From: a virus
Lineage: Duplodnaviria > Caudoviricetes
Strand: one strand, 5' to 3'
Virus record (IMG/VR): IMGVR_UViG_3300027828_000067
Coordinates: 1-35,920 of that record
DNA: 35,920 nt
How positions within the stretch are numbered: position 1 is the first letter of the stretch; the number at the start of each line of letters is the position of its first letter. The notes below the pieces were generated by a model. That model was not told the DNA's origin. It saw only the letters and a program-made list of their open reading frames with translations, and made no database searches. The position numbers were made by a program, and so were the translations under genes. Of the stretch, positions 9,175 through 19,030 are shown piece by piece.

Positions 9175-11460
9175 TTATATATTTAAGTTTATTATTACTC
9201 TTTTTAATATTCCGCTTATCGTCACATCAAATGACGTTTGCGCTATTCCTGAAAAATCTACTGGTATTTTAAACCAAACAGAACCAACAGCCAACACGTG
9301 AGGCACTGATGGTATTGGTGCAATATTACCGTCACTTATTGACCCTATGCTTGGGAATGTTTCTACAGTGTCCCCTATTCCTGATTCTGAAATCTGCACT
9401 TTTGATCCAGCTGAATAAATTGGACTTTCAAGGGTATATTCTATTACGTCCGAGTCTCCATCTCTCCAAGTATCCTCATCTATCCATATTCCTTCATCAT
9501 TCCAGAATCCAGTCTCTAGAATCCATGCAGTACCATCCCATGCAGCAAATTCAACAAAAGTTCCAGAGAATATTGCAGACCTATAATCCAAATCAGCACT
9601 TATACAAATATACTCTTTAGGTAATATCTGATAATCAACAATAGTACTATCGAACTGTATATCCTGAGACAATATAGGAACTGATAGTTTAAATTGTGGC
9701 TTCGAAAATATACCTTTATAATCATCACCCATCAACTGCAGCAATGGTTTGTCTATTGCCGATCCTCTCTCGTGCCATTCCTCAGTGGCTTCACCATCCC
9801 TATTTCTATATCCGTTATCCCATGTTAATAATTTATTCAGATCATCTGGGTATTCATTCGGCAAATCACCACCAACAACGTTTATGTCTGACGGCTTGTA
9901 AATGTTACTTTGGTTTATTAATATGTTTGTTATTTCTTCGTTTCTAAAGTCCTCACCATCTCCATTTAGTAGCCTTACAGATATGTTTTTAAAGGCTGTT
10001 GTTATGAATTTATCACTTGCTGATAATGGAGAAAGTGCATTGTATATTTTTACAAAAAAAGTACCGTTGCCAGGGAATGTGTCAGCAGTGAAAGTTCCTT
10101 CGTCAAATGTTAATACACCTTCCTTTCCTGTTCCAAATACTGTTATTTGAACAGTCTGCTGTACTGTATTCCATACCAAGCTATTTCCGTTTCCGTTCTG
10201 ATTTTGTTTTAAATAAAAGGTGCCACTATCGCCAACAAACTTAAATTCACATATTATAGCCTGCTGACTTACTACTGCATTTTCAGAATAATCAGGTACT
10301 TTATCTTTTCTCCAAACACCAAACTCAAAATTAAATAATAATTTCCTATCATCAAGACTGACAATCGGGTACATCTTGCAACCTTCGATTGTTTGCGATA
10401 TGTACTGCCTTGCTGCCAATGTGTTTTGCGTTGTTATTTCTGCATATGGGAAATCCTGACCTTGTATTCGTTCAGCTATTCCTGATGTTGACAGATCCCA
10501 ATCTTCTGGGTCTCCATTATCTTTCCACTTAGAAAAATCGCTATTTAAAAGGAAACTATCTTTCCTGCCCAAGTCCTGAACCCAATTAAATTCTTTCCAT
10601 CCCGGATTAAGGTCTAGTTGTGGTGAGTTTGTTAAAATCTGACTGGCTACTGGTCTTCCAATTAAGAAAGAAGTATTTTTAGTTGTGCTTACTGTATTTG
10701 TTTTATAGCCTGTCGTCGTATAATTCCACTTCCTTACCGTTAAATCTGCTGTCGTTTCTTTTATTCTAACGATCCACCACTCAGCACCCATCTGATATAG
10801 TCTAGCACCAAAGGTTAGCATCTGGTCAGATATAGCATCGTAAAGCGTTTTGCCTTCGTATGCTGAAAGCTTTATAGTTGTTTCATATAGTGGACTGTCG
10901 TCTGTATTGTCCGTTTCATTAGAATATACGTTTATAGCATCGTTTAAATCTAACTCGGTATCTATTGTTCCGAGTGCGTTAGATAGTATCGTTAATAGCC
11001 TTGGTTGGTCGGTTGTTTCAATAGAAAGTGGAGACAATGTGTATTCTGTCATTGTTGCTGGAATTATTGTCTCTTTCAGTTCACCCAGACCGCACCTTGC
11101 TGTTATTTCAACTATATACGGAGGTGCGACATAAGGCTCTGAGAATAAATCAGGCAATACCCAACCACGCCAATCTAGGACTGAGTTTTTATAAATATCT
11201 ACACGGTGCGCCCTTGCATCTGAATCATGCAGCTCTATAAACTGAAAATCAACCTCTGATAACATTTGTATTTTAGCTTGACTACCTACTATTGGATTGT
11301 ATGGCGTTTCGTCGCTTCCAGGATAAGATATTACTAAAGGCGTTTCAGATGTTTTTATTTCTGTAGACGAGCCAGAAAAGCCATTACCAAGAATCTCTAT
11401 CCTGATAGTGTCATCATAGTAACTTTTAAATTCGTTCCAATATTTAAGTCCGTATGCCAT
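9175..11460 (-). CDS. distal tail/baseplate hub protein
   Basis: 761 aa directly after the tape measure; MAYGLKYWNEF...WRGWVLPDLFSEPY. Confidence 0.65.
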   Translation of the reverse strand: MAYGLKYWNEFKSYYDDTIRIEILGNGFSGSSTEIKTSETPLVISYPGSDETPYNPIVGSQAKIQMLSEVDFQFIELHDSDARAHRVDIYKNSVLDWRGWVLPDLFSEPYVAPPYIVEITARCGLGELKETIIPATMTEYTLSPLSIETTDQPRLLTILSNALGTIDTELDLNDAINVYSNETDNTDDSPLYETTIKLSAYEGKTLYDAISDQMLTFGARLYQMGAEWWIVRIKETTADLTVRKWNYTTTGYKTNTVSTTKNTSFLIGRPVASQILTNSPQLDLNPGWKEFNWVQDLGRKDSFLLNSDFSKWKDNGDPEDWDLSTSGIAERIQGQDFPYAEITTQNTLAARQYISQTIEGCKMYPIVSLDDRKLLFNFEFGVWRKDKVPDYSENAVVSQQAIICEFKFVGDSGTFYLKQNQNGNGNSLVWNTVQQTVQITVFGTGKEGVLTFDEGTFTADTFPGNGTFFVKIYNALSPLSASDKFITTAFKNISVRLLNGDGEDFRNEEITNILINQSNIYKPSDINVVGGDLPNEYPDDLNKLLTWDNGYRNRDGEATEEWHERGSAIDKPLLQLMGDDYKGIFSKPQFKLSVPILSQDIQFDSTIVDYQILPKEYICISADLDYRSAIFSGTFVEFAAWDGTAWILETGFWNDEGIWIDEDTWRDGDSDVIEYTLESPIYSAGSKVQISESGIGDTVETFPSIGSISDGNIAPIPSVPHVLAVGSVWFKIPVDFSGIAQTSFDVTISGILKRVIINLNI

Positions 11461-13169
11461 TACCCGATTACTCCTCTCTTAAAAGTGTTTCTTTCGTTTG
11501 ATATATAAAGATCATCGCCTTTTAATACTGCCACTAATTGCTGTCCATTGTCTTGATCGTTCACGCCTTGTCCTCCTGTCACGGCTCTTGACGTTACCTG
11601 TGTTCCACCTCCTGCGCCTGAATACCCTTGTGGCCCTTTAGATGCTAATCCAGATATTGCTCCACCTATTGCAACAAGTGCAGCACCAGCAGCAATTTTT
11701 ACTCCCGGATTCCATGCTTTCATAAAAGCAGATTCAGCAATACCGTATGATATTAGCATTGATCCGAACTGAATAAGGAAACCGCCTATTTGACCCAATA
11801 TAGCCTGAAAGAACTGGTCAAAGCCAATATCACCGCTTGCAAGTCTACCTATACCCTCTGCAAATACAGATATAAAATCAGCCATTCCTGCAGCCATCAT
11901 GCCATTCATGTCATCCACGAAAGCTTGCTCCTGCGCCAATATAGCGTCATTTATTTCATTTTGCGTTGCTAATGCCGACGCTTTCTGTCTCTCAATAAAG
12001 CCAGACATATCTTGAAGCCCACCCTCCTCTGCTACTACATTTTCAAATGATGGTGTGCCTTTGCCTTTTATCTTATCAGGAACAGCAGCGTCTTGTGTCC
12101 TTTTTAATGTCGTTAATTCTTTTATTAAATCCTTGTTGGCTTGTATTTGCCTAAGTGTCTTTTGTATCTCAGCTTCTTGATTAACACCGTAGTCACCTAT
12201 TGATTTAATTAATGCTTCGGTTTCGGCTCTTAATTCGTTTATTGTTTTTACATGGTTTCTCTTTTCTAGTGCTGCGTCCTGCTCTGCTGCTATCTGGTTT
12301 CTATACGCCTCGGACTCTTCGTCTATGTGTTTTGTTGATTTTTTACGTTCACTATTTAGTTTATTAATATCTGACGCAGCTTTCTCTATATCTCCGAATG
12401 CAATGAGCCATGCCTTTCTGAATATATTTAAATCACTCGTCAATACGGTCAGCTCTACTTTTGTCGCATCTAGGAAATTACTAGCCTTGTCGCTAATAAC
12501 TGGGTCTTCCGCTAATGCCAGTTTGAAGTCTTCCCATTGAGCCTTTAATGCTGCAACCTTAATAGCATTAGTATCTATAATCTCACCACTCTCTGCCATT
12601 GACTCAGCAGCAATCTCTCCTACTGCTTTTGCTACATCTCCAACGGTAGACCCAGCATGGCCAACCCCTTCTAGTTTTTGGCGCAATTCAACTGCAGATA
12701 TGCCTAAATTATCTAGTATCAATGGAGACTTCCTGCCGATACCCAATACTATTGAGTTAACTAAATAATCTACAGATTCGCCTGTCTCTTGCGCTCTCTT
12801 AGTGGCAAATTTAAACAACGTTGCAAGCTGCTCTACTGGTATCTTAAAATTGTGCGCCATTACAGCACGTTTCATTAATTCCAACTCAGAAACAGTACCT
12901 GCCACCGCAAGCTTCATGTCATTTAAAAGCTTGTCATCCCCAATGCGGTTGAATGCAGCCCTAACACCTTCCGCAACGCCACCAAGCTCTAATAATTCTT
13001 TGCCGAAAGAAACGATCTGACCAACAGCAAAAGCACCCGCAATTAAACCGCCTATCTTTGAAATCCCTTTACCAAAGGTTGAAGTCTTTTTCCCAGACTC
13101 TTTTAATTCAGAATTGTACTGCTTGTTGTCTAGTCTGAGTTTTACAAATAAATCTGATAGCTTACCCAT
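11460..13169 (-). CDS. tail tape measure protein
   Basis: Ala/Gly-rich helical protein, LFVKLRLD N-terminus, hydrophobic C-terminal segments; follows the chaperones. Confidence 0.85.
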   Translation of the reverse strand: MGKLSDLFVKLRLDNKQYNSELKESGKKTSTFGKGISKIGGLIAGAFAVGQIVSFGKELLELGGVAEGVRAAFNRIGDDKLLNDMKLAVAGTVSELELMKRAVMAHNFKIPVEQLATLFKFATKRAQETGESVDYLVNSIVLGIGRKSPLILDNLGISAVELRQKLEGVGHAGSTVGDVAKAVGEIAAESMAESGEIIDTNAIKVAALKAQWEDFKLALAEDPVISDKASNFLDATKVELTVLTSDLNIFRKAWLIAFGDIEKAASDINKLNSERKKSTKHIDEESEAYRNQIAAEQDAALEKRNHVKTINELRAETEALIKSIGDYGVNQEAEIQKTLRQIQANKDLIKELTTLKRTQDAAVPDKIKGKGTPSFENVVAEEGGLQDMSGFIERQKASALATQNEINDAILAQEQAFVDDMNGMMAAGMADFISVFAEGIGRLASGDIGFDQFFQAILGQIGGFLIQFGSMLISYGIAESAFMKAWNPGVKIAAGAALVAIGGAISGLASKGPQGYSGAGGGTQVTSRAVTGGQGVNDQDNGQQLVAVLKGDDLYISNERNTFKRGVIG

Positions 13170-13453
13170 TACTTTTTATTTTTACCGATTTTCTTATAAA
13201 ACTCTAGCCTGTCGTCCATGTCCATTGTTTCCACGCAGTCAATATCTAACGGCCACAAATCCTTTGGCTTTTCTGCTGCTACCCCTTTCTTTCGATTGAT
13301 ATTTGCCATTAGCGTAAATAAATTTCTATGGTTTGCGCTTGCTAAATCCCTTAAAACTACAAAGCCTCTTATCTTTGCGCTTAATTCCCCACTTGTCAAC
13401 CTCCAAAACTCATCAACACCCAACCCTAATTCACCAAGGGCTAAATTATACAA
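13169..13453 (-). CDS. tail assembly chaperone C-terminal extension (gpGT-like, reached by -1 frameshift)
   Basis: LGLGVDEFWRLT motif; no ATG start; the -1 frame is open back to the A9 run. Confidence 0.75.
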   Translation of the reverse strand: MYNLALGELGLGVDEFWRLTSGELSAKIRGFVVLRDLASANHRNLFTLMANINRKKGVAAEKPKDLWPLDIDCVETMDMDDRLEFYKKIGKNKK

Positions 13454-13464
13454 GTCAGAAAAAG

Positions 13465-13851
13465 TTAACGCCTCACCACTTTTTTTTTACCCGGCATCTT
13501 TTTATATCCAAGCTTCTCAGACTTCATGTAACAATCTACAATTTTACTAGTGACTTCTTCTCCTGCTTCTGACATGGCAAGTGATAAGCCTTTTTTAGTA
13601 AAATTATCTCTTACCCTACGTTCTATGCAGTAGCTTTGTGCCCCTGCGTATAACGTCTCTAATACTATTACTGCCTGACTAGTCTCTTTTAACCATTTCG
13701 AATGCTGAGGTAAATCAATATTGTTATTTTGAAGCAACTGAAACAAACTTCTTTGGTCGAATGAAAAACCAATCTTGCGCTTAATATAAAAGCGTATAAA
13801 ACCCCACCGTATAGGATAGGGTAGTTTTATTTCAATCGTTCCGTTACGCAT
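13465..13851 (-). CDS. tail assembly chaperone (gpG-like)
   Basis: Between the major tail protein and tape measure; ends GGT AAA AAA AAA GTG. Confidence 0.7.
   Translation of the reverse strand: MRNGTIEIKLPYPIRWGFIRFYIKRKIGFSFDQRSLFQLLQNNNIDLPQHSKWLKETSQAVIVLETLYAGAQSYCIERRVRDNFTKKGLSLAMSEAGEEVTSKIVDCYMKSEKLGYKKMPGKKKVVRR
13480..13488 (-). other. programmed -1 frameshift slippery site (A9)
   Basis: A -1 shift gives ...GKKK-SGEALTFSDLYNLALG and joins the two chaperone ORFs. Confidence 0.75.
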
Positions 13852-14281
13852 TAACTGTTTTTGTAATTGCACCATCAAATGTTAAGTCACACGAATAAGT
13901 CATTCTGTCATTGTCTGGAATATCTTCTGTTAAGTTTCCGATTAATGCACTTCCTGCGATATTTACAGCACCTATTACTGCGGTACCTCCGGGTGCATCA
14001 TATTCTGTAATCACTACGGCCACCTTTGTACCTGCGACAATAGCATCATGTAAAATCTTCCAAGTTTCCTCGGTTGCTGTCCCGTCCGTTGTGGCAATTG
14101 AGCTAATTGAAAGAGTGTCCGCGATACGTCCATACTCAAAATTAGATGCTCTCCCGCTTGCTTTCGAACTCACTTCGATTAAATTAACCGCAGTTGCAAG
14201 GGATGAACTCAATTCCCCTACTAGCTCGCTACCGTCAATAGTTGTTAGAACTGCTGTTCCTACCTTGTTAGTTGTTGCCAT
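13844..14281 (-). CDS. major tail tube protein
   Basis: 145 aa; IEVSSK and TYSCDLTFDGAIT siphophage tube pattern; position. Confidence 0.8.
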   Translation of the reverse strand: MATTNKVGTAVLTTIDGSELVGELSSSLATAVNLIEVSSKASGRASNFEYGRIADTLSISSIATTDGTATEETWKILHDAIVAGTKVAVVITEYDAPGGTAVIGAVNIAGSALIGNLTEDIPDNDRMTYSCDLTFDGAITKTVNA

Positions 14282-14305
14282 CTTTTAAAATTTAATTATT
14301 ATTCT

Positions 14306-14334
14306 ATGACTTTTGTCATGTTTCTACAAATTTA
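14306..14334 (-). promoter_or_regulatory. Bacteroidota-type promoter (TAAATTTG) with a downstream ATGAC-N4-GTCAT box
   Basis: CAAATTTA at 14327-14334; palindrome at 14306-14319. Confidence 0.55.
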
Positions 14335-14346
14335 CAATATTTTAAC

Positions 14347-14754
14347 TTAATTCTGATCTTCTATTTCGAAATTAACTCTTATTATAGCCACATCAACTTC
14401 CTGACTGTTTAGCAAATCTTCTGTTTCCGAAGTGTCTATTAATGTGGCTGCCATTATATTGAAGCCTCCACCTATCGCAAATGGCGTTACATTAGTTATT
14501 ATTTGCTTTACCTTATCGATATTAGACCACATCGCGGTCTTGTCTGTCAAGTCTTTATATACTAATTCAATTGACACATCGTAAGAGTACATAAATTGCT
14601 GCTTACTTCCGTTCTCAGAGTCTATTATTTCCGTGACATGAATAAACGGATAGGTGACACCTTTGGGAACCTTCGTATAGAAAGTTAAGCCTGTCGATTT
14701 TGCGTCAATGGCTGTTTTTAATGCTGTTATTAATTCTGTTCTGCAATCTCTCAT
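14347..14754 (-). CDS. tail terminator/completion protein (DUF3168-like)
   Basis: VPKGVTYPFIHV motif; position. Confidence 0.7.
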   Translation of the reverse strand: MRDCRTELITALKTAIDAKSTGLTFYTKVPKGVTYPFIHVTEIIDSENGSKQQFMYSYDVSIELVYKDLTDKTAMWSNIDKVKQIITNVTPFAIGGGFNIMAATLIDTSETEDLLNSQEVDVAIIRVNFEIEDQN

Positions 14755-15281
14755 CTAAATAGTCCTCTCGCTATATTTTTAATAATACTAACCCCTTTCT
14801 TGGTCAGTTTCTTTTCTACTCGTTTAGCCGCTTGATTAAATCTTTTATTATAATCTACACTATTTACTGCATGCCCTAGGAATGAGTCCAACTTCTCTAT
14901 CTTTTCTCCGTAAATTACATTTGTCCCAACCGCACCCTCTGCACCATGCAGGGTAGTATTCAAACCCCTATCCCCACTGCCGCCCTCGTGAAATATTTTT
15001 GGGTTTCTTTTATCTTTACCCCCCGGATAAGTATAAGATCTACTATTTGATGATCTTTTTGCAAATATTTGCCTTGGCGTTTTAACAAAAAAAGAATTTC
15101 TAAGCCTAGACGTCACAATATGCTTATCTGATTTTATTTTCTTTTGTGCAATTAATTTAATGTCGAATAAAATCTCAACAATAGCCCTAAACACCTCTTC
15201 TGGGTATAGCGTTCCCATTAGTCTAAACTTGGACGATAATTGTTTCTGACTTGCTGTATCGACATTAAGTTTTACTCCCAT
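14751..15281 (-). CDS. HK97 gp10-like neck/tail component
   Basis: VTSRLRNS and VGTNVIYG..IE motifs; basic. Confidence 0.7.
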   Translation of the reverse strand: MGVKLNVDTASQKQLSSKFRLMGTLYPEEVFRAIVEILFDIKLIAQKKIKSDKHIVTSRLRNSFFVKTPRQIFAKRSSNSRSYTYPGGKDKRNPKIFHEGGSGDRGLNTTLHGAEGAVGTNVIYGEKIEKLDSFLGHAVNSVDYNKRFNQAAKRVEKKLTKKGVSIIKNIARGLFR

Positions 15282-15610
15282 TAGTCAGTCCTTTCGTTTG
15301 CCAACACTTTAACTACTCTTTTATTTTCGTCAATCTCCAAAATGGTTATTACCCTGAACGATCTGCTTTCATATGTCAATACAGTTTGTTGTGACACTTC
15401 ATTTCCTTTTTCGTATCTAAATGTAAACTCATACCCGCGCTGACCTAATGCAAGCCCGTTTAATAGACTTTCTGATTGACTCAAAGGTTTTGCCCCGCAC
15501 CACGTTTCAGTATCGCTTGAAGCACCTTTCGTATAGCCGCCTGTAGCAGTTGGAGTATTGGCTCCGTAGCTTGTTATTGTCATCCTTCTATTTAGTTTAC
15601 CTATTTCCAT
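15281..15610 (-). CDS. head-closure/head-tail adaptor (SPP1 gp16-like)
   Basis: IGKLNRRMTI...FTFRY...YESRSFRVITI. Confidence 0.8.
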   Translation of the reverse strand: MEIGKLNRRMTITSYGANTPTATGGYTKGASSDTETWCGAKPLSQSESLLNGLALGQRGYEFTFRYEKGNEVSQQTVLTYESRSFRVITILEIDENKRVVKVLANERTD

Positions 15611-15830
15611 TATGGCCTATGTTCTCTATTTGCAATATCAAGATCAAACAAATCATGTACCAGCTCCTTTATCTTAATTAATAGTTCTCCCATTAGTAAA
15701 ATATTAATTTAATAAGATAACTCAGTACAAATGAAATCGCGATTACTATGGAAACAAACTTCAGTACTCGCATTCTCGAAGTACGTACTCTTTCTGATCC
15801 TGGATCCGTTCTTTTTACGTGTTCACGCAT
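15610..15830 (-). CDS. two tiny coupled ORFs: 15693-15830 (45 aa, one TM) and 15610-15693 (27 aa)
   Basis: TAATG stop/start overlaps link both ORFs to the head-closure gene. Confidence 0.4.
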
Positions 15831-15831
15831 C

Positions 15832-16356
15832 TTAATAGCTTTTAAATTGGCTCAAATAATTATAGAAGTTATCAGCAAGCTTAACCAGTCCGCCCTCGAA
15901 AGTATTACCTCTCTTCTCGTAAGTCTCAGCTATGCTTTTTAACATCGCTAATTTAACACCTTCAGGACAAGTGCCTACTGTTGTATAGGTAACCTTTAGC
16001 CCTTGGTCCGCAATTCCAGATGTATCAAAGCTGGCTATTTTAATTAGCTTCTGATTAAGTCCAGTTTCTAAATAATCAGCAACCTCAGAACCATCAACAA
16101 TGACTTCCGTTATTTCATCATGTGCAGGATATGGTAACTTGATCCAATCGCTTAAGATTTCAGAGTCCTCTTCGAAATATTCAATAGTCTTTGCAATTAA
16201 AGATAATCCACTAGCCTCTTCTGCTAGTTCTCTAACCTGCTTAATTAATGAAGTGATTAAAGTATCTTCATCTGAAAAATCAACCTTTAGCCATGACTTA
16301 ACCTCAGCTTGTGTTACTGGCTCGCTTCCTGTCACTAATGAATATCTTATTTGCAT
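15832..16356 (-). CDS. head-tail connector (HK97 gp6/SPP1 gp15-like)
   Basis: EPVTQAEVKSWLKVDFSDEDTLITSLI...ETYEKR. Confidence 0.85.
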   Translation of the reverse strand: MQIRYSLVTGSEPVTQAEVKSWLKVDFSDEDTLITSLIKQVRELAEEASGLSLIAKTIEYFEEDSEILSDWIKLPYPAHDEITEVIVDGSEVADYLETGLNQKLIKIASFDTSGIADQGLKVTYTTVGTCPEGVKLAMLKSIAETYEKRGNTFEGGLVKLADNFYNYLSQFKSY

Positions 16357-16359
16357 AGC

Positions 16360-16533
16360 TTATTTTTTCGAACGTTTTCCTATAGGTTCAATTTTCTTTT
16401 TGCGCTTAATTGGCTCTATCTTTTCCCAATAGCCTTCCTTTAGCATGTGCCTTACGGTAAAAGGGTCTTTGCTTTTTTGCTTACTACCTTTCTTTACTCC
16501 GCAATAGTCTTTAATTACTTTAAATTCTTCCAT
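16360..16533 (-). CDS. 57-aa basic protein (not in ORF track)
   Basis: MEEFKVIKDYCGVKKG...RSKK*; fills the gap before the connector gene. Confidence 0.5.
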   Translation of the reverse strand: MEEFKVIKDYCGVKKGSKQKSKDPFTVRHMLKEGYWEKIEPIKRKKKIEPIGKRSKK

Positions 16534-16552
16534 AACTTAAATATTAACTTGT

Positions 16553-16591
16553 GCGTAGGGTGGAATCGAACCACCCTTTCACCATATACGC
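16553..16591 (-). ncRNA. tRNA-like mini-structure (T-arm plus acceptor-like stem)
   Basis: Minus strand GCGTA-N10-GGGTGG-TTCGATT-CCACCC-TACGC; no D or anticodon arm. Confidence 0.4.
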
Positions 16592-17046
16592 TAATTTTTC
16601 TTACTATAAGCGTAGGCTCTAGGTATTGTAACGGCTGTCCCTGTCTGGATGTAGATAAGTTTTAAGTATGGGTTCATATAGTCACCCAATGCTATTTCTT
16701 CTGTATCTAATCCATCAGCTGTTAAACTTGCCACCGTGATAGTATCACCTGTACTTACGTAATTAGCTCCATCTGGAGAACGATAAGTAATAAGTGTTCC
16801 GCCTGCTGTTCCAGAAACAAAGTCACTGTATAAATTTATATTTATATCCTGTGTTTGCGTTCCTTGTACTCGGAATACGAATTCCAAAGTATCAGCATTT
16901 GTTAAAGTGTCTGCTGTAGTTCCCCAAACATACTTATAGTATTGTTTAGAAATCTTAGCATCGGTGTCTACTTCTGTTGGTGTAGTCTGTGCCATTAACA
17001 CAACACTAACCAAAATCATTGAAATTAAAAAAACTAATTTTTTCAT
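16591..17046 (-). CDS. signal-peptide-bearing beta-rich protein directly after the capsid gene (possible decoration protein)
   Basis: MKKLVFLISMILVSVVLMA|Q; Thr-rich. Confidence 0.65.
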   Translation of the reverse strand: MKKLVFLISMILVSVVLMAQTTPTEVDTDAKISKQYYKYVWGTTADTLTNADTLEFVFRVQGTQTQDININLYSDFVSGTAGGTLITYRSPDGANYVSTGDTITVASLTADGLDTEEIALGDYMNPYLKLIYIQTGTAVTIPRAYAYSKKN

Positions 17047-17064
17047 TTTACTTGCAATTAAAAA

Positions 17065-18291
17065 TTAAACACCTGAGTCTAGCGAAGCGATAGCAGCAGT
17101 AATATCATCAACAAAAATCAATGATAACTTATCAGGTGTTTCAACAACTACCTGTGAGCGAACAAACATTACTGCTGTCCAAGCATCGTTAATAAAGTCA
17201 GAAGCATTCATTTGGCTAAACTTAACCTCTGCTGAACGTTTAGTCCAGTACTGAAGCTTCGAAGTGTCTGCAAGCAACATGTCACCAGCGGTAACACGGT
17301 TTGAACGAATAACTGTTAATCCTGAAATTGAATAACTTCCGTTTACATCTTTAACAAATAAATATTGACCATCGGTTGCTTTTGCATACTTAAATCGGTT
17401 AAAGTCGGTTGGGTTCATCCATAAAATGTTTGAACCTCTAAAGTTTGATTTCTCTGCTTGAAGGATCATGTCATCCACTAAGTCGCCAATATTGGCTTTT
17501 TCAATAGACGCAGCGCTTCCAGTAGTAGCAGCACTATATGCTGTTGCATGGCCTTTAATACCGTATATATGCTTCGGATTAACACCATCCGATCCATCGC
17601 CGTCATAAGATTCACCGTCCACAAACAATGTAGCTTTCTCAACCATTTTAGCACGGAAAGCAGAAGCAATATAATTGGCGTCTTCCAGCATCTCTTCTGT
17701 AATAGGAAGTTTAGCCGAAATTTTAGCCATTTCGCGATATTTCTCAACAGCAGTACCAGTGTCAGCGGTTGCCTGTCCTGTTCCTTCTGTCACATAACCT
17801 ACATTCGAAGTATACGCACCGTCTACCCAAAGTACTCGGTTTCTGTCTTGCCCGATCATCCCGTTAACCAAATAAGGCAAGAAAGCCATTTGATTCTCAG
17901 GTGCAAAATTGATTGCATATCGCTGCTGTGTTCTGTTCACATCGCCTGTGATAATCGAAGTATCTACTTTAACCTCAAAAATATTGTTCCCTTTTGGGAA
18001 ACCATCCTTAACGGCTTGTTTATACTTGTCAGACTTAACCAACTGAGCAATTGATTCATCAAAAGACATATCTTCGTCTTTTTTCTCAATAGCCAAATTA
18101 GCTTTTTTAAGATCGGTTGCAATCTTATCCAATTGCTCTTGCATCACGCCTTTCTCAGCTTCCATTTTTTCAAGCTTACCTTCAAGCTCTGTTTTAACCT
18201 CTGCTGATTTAGCATTAGCTTTTTCTTCAATAAGTTTATCAATGGCTTCTTTGTGATCTGCCAAAGCAACTTCTAAATCTTTCTTTTCCAT
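17065..18291 (-). CDS. major capsid protein, HK97 fold with delta domain
   Basis: N-terminal coiled coil, VTEG, KISAKLPITEEMLED, GDG, MNPTDF, DGQY. Confidence 0.92.
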   Translation of the reverse strand: MEKKDLEVALADHKEAIDKLIEEKANAKSAEVKTELEGKLEKMEAEKGVMQEQLDKIATDLKKANLAIEKKDEDMSFDESIAQLVKSDKYKQAVKDGFPKGNNIFEVKVDTSIITGDVNRTQQRYAINFAPENQMAFLPYLVNGMIGQDRNRVLWVDGAYTSNVGYVTEGTGQATADTGTAVEKYREMAKISAKLPITEEMLEDANYIASAFRAKMVEKATLFVDGESYDGDGSDGVNPKHIYGIKGHATAYSAATTGSAASIEKANIGDLVDDMILQAEKSNFRGSNILWMNPTDFNRFKYAKATDGQYLFVKDVNGSYSISGLTVIRSNRVTAGDMLLADTSKLQYWTKRSAEVKFSQMNASDFINDAWTAVMFVRSQVVVETPDKLSLIFVDDITAAIASLDSGV

Positions 18292-18294
18292 TAT

Positions 18295-18987
18295 TTACCA
18301 GTTTAAAATATTATTAAGTTCATCTTTAGTTATGAGCGGCTTATCTTTATCCGTGCTATCTTTCTTTAGAGGTGTCTCTTTAGATTCAAGCGGCAAACTC
18401 ATTACAAGTGCTTTTAACTTCATTATTTCGTATTTCTTTTCGTTGTTCTTTTCAATTGCTATTAAGCTGTCAAACTCATCTGAAATAACATCAGCGTTTG
18501 TTTGTCCATCGGCTTTCATGCTTTCAATAAATGCCTGTTCGTTTGCTGCCACAGTAACCAAGCTAACTTCATATAGCTTAATTTCGGTCAATAGAGTAAC
18601 ATCTTCGCCTCCTACCTCTCCTGCCTTTGCATCAACAGTAGAATAACCGATTGACATTTCTTTTAAAATGCCCTCTCGAATCTTGGTTTTAATATCACCC
18701 TCTGAGTCAGATATGCGAACCTTTAGGAACAGCCCTTTGCCGTCCTCTTTGATCTCTTGTATCTTTCCTATAGGGTTACGGATATCATGCTGTAAACAGA
18801 AAGCAATACGCTCTCCGCGTTGCTCTATTGTCTTAGTGAATGCACCGTCAACGATTACATCTTTATAGCTATCAATATTACCCTTGACGGCTCCATGCCC
18901 TTCAATTATCAGCTCTTTGTCTGAGTCTGCTTTCACCTCAAAAGGGATGTTTAAAAACTTTAATTCTCTTTTCATGACTTTTATCAT
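18295..18987 (-). CDS. HK97-family prohead protease
   Basis: IEGHGAV..NIDSYKD..GAF, LQHD, MSIGY, LYEVSLVTVAAN; the real start may be the second Met. Confidence 0.93.
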   Translation of the reverse strand: MIKVMKRELKFLNIPFEVKADSDKELIIEGHGAVKGNIDSYKDVIVDGAFTKTIEQRGERIAFCLQHDIRNPIGKIQEIKEDGKGLFLKVRISDSEGDIKTKIREGILKEMSIGYSTVDAKAGEVGGEDVTLLTEIKLYEVSLVTVAANEQAFIESMKADGQTNADVISDEFDSLIAIEKNNEKKYEIMKLKALVMSLPLESKETPLKKDSTDKDKPLITKDELNNILNW

Positions 18988-19017
18988 GTTTTATATTAAT
19001 ATCTTATTCTATATTTG
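18974..19017 (+). promoter_or_regulatory. promoter TATATTTG with an upstream ATGAC-N4-ATCAT box
   Basis: Box 18974-18987, 22-nt spacer, -7 element 19010-19017. Confidence 0.6.
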
Positions 19018-19030
19018 TACTACTCGAGCG

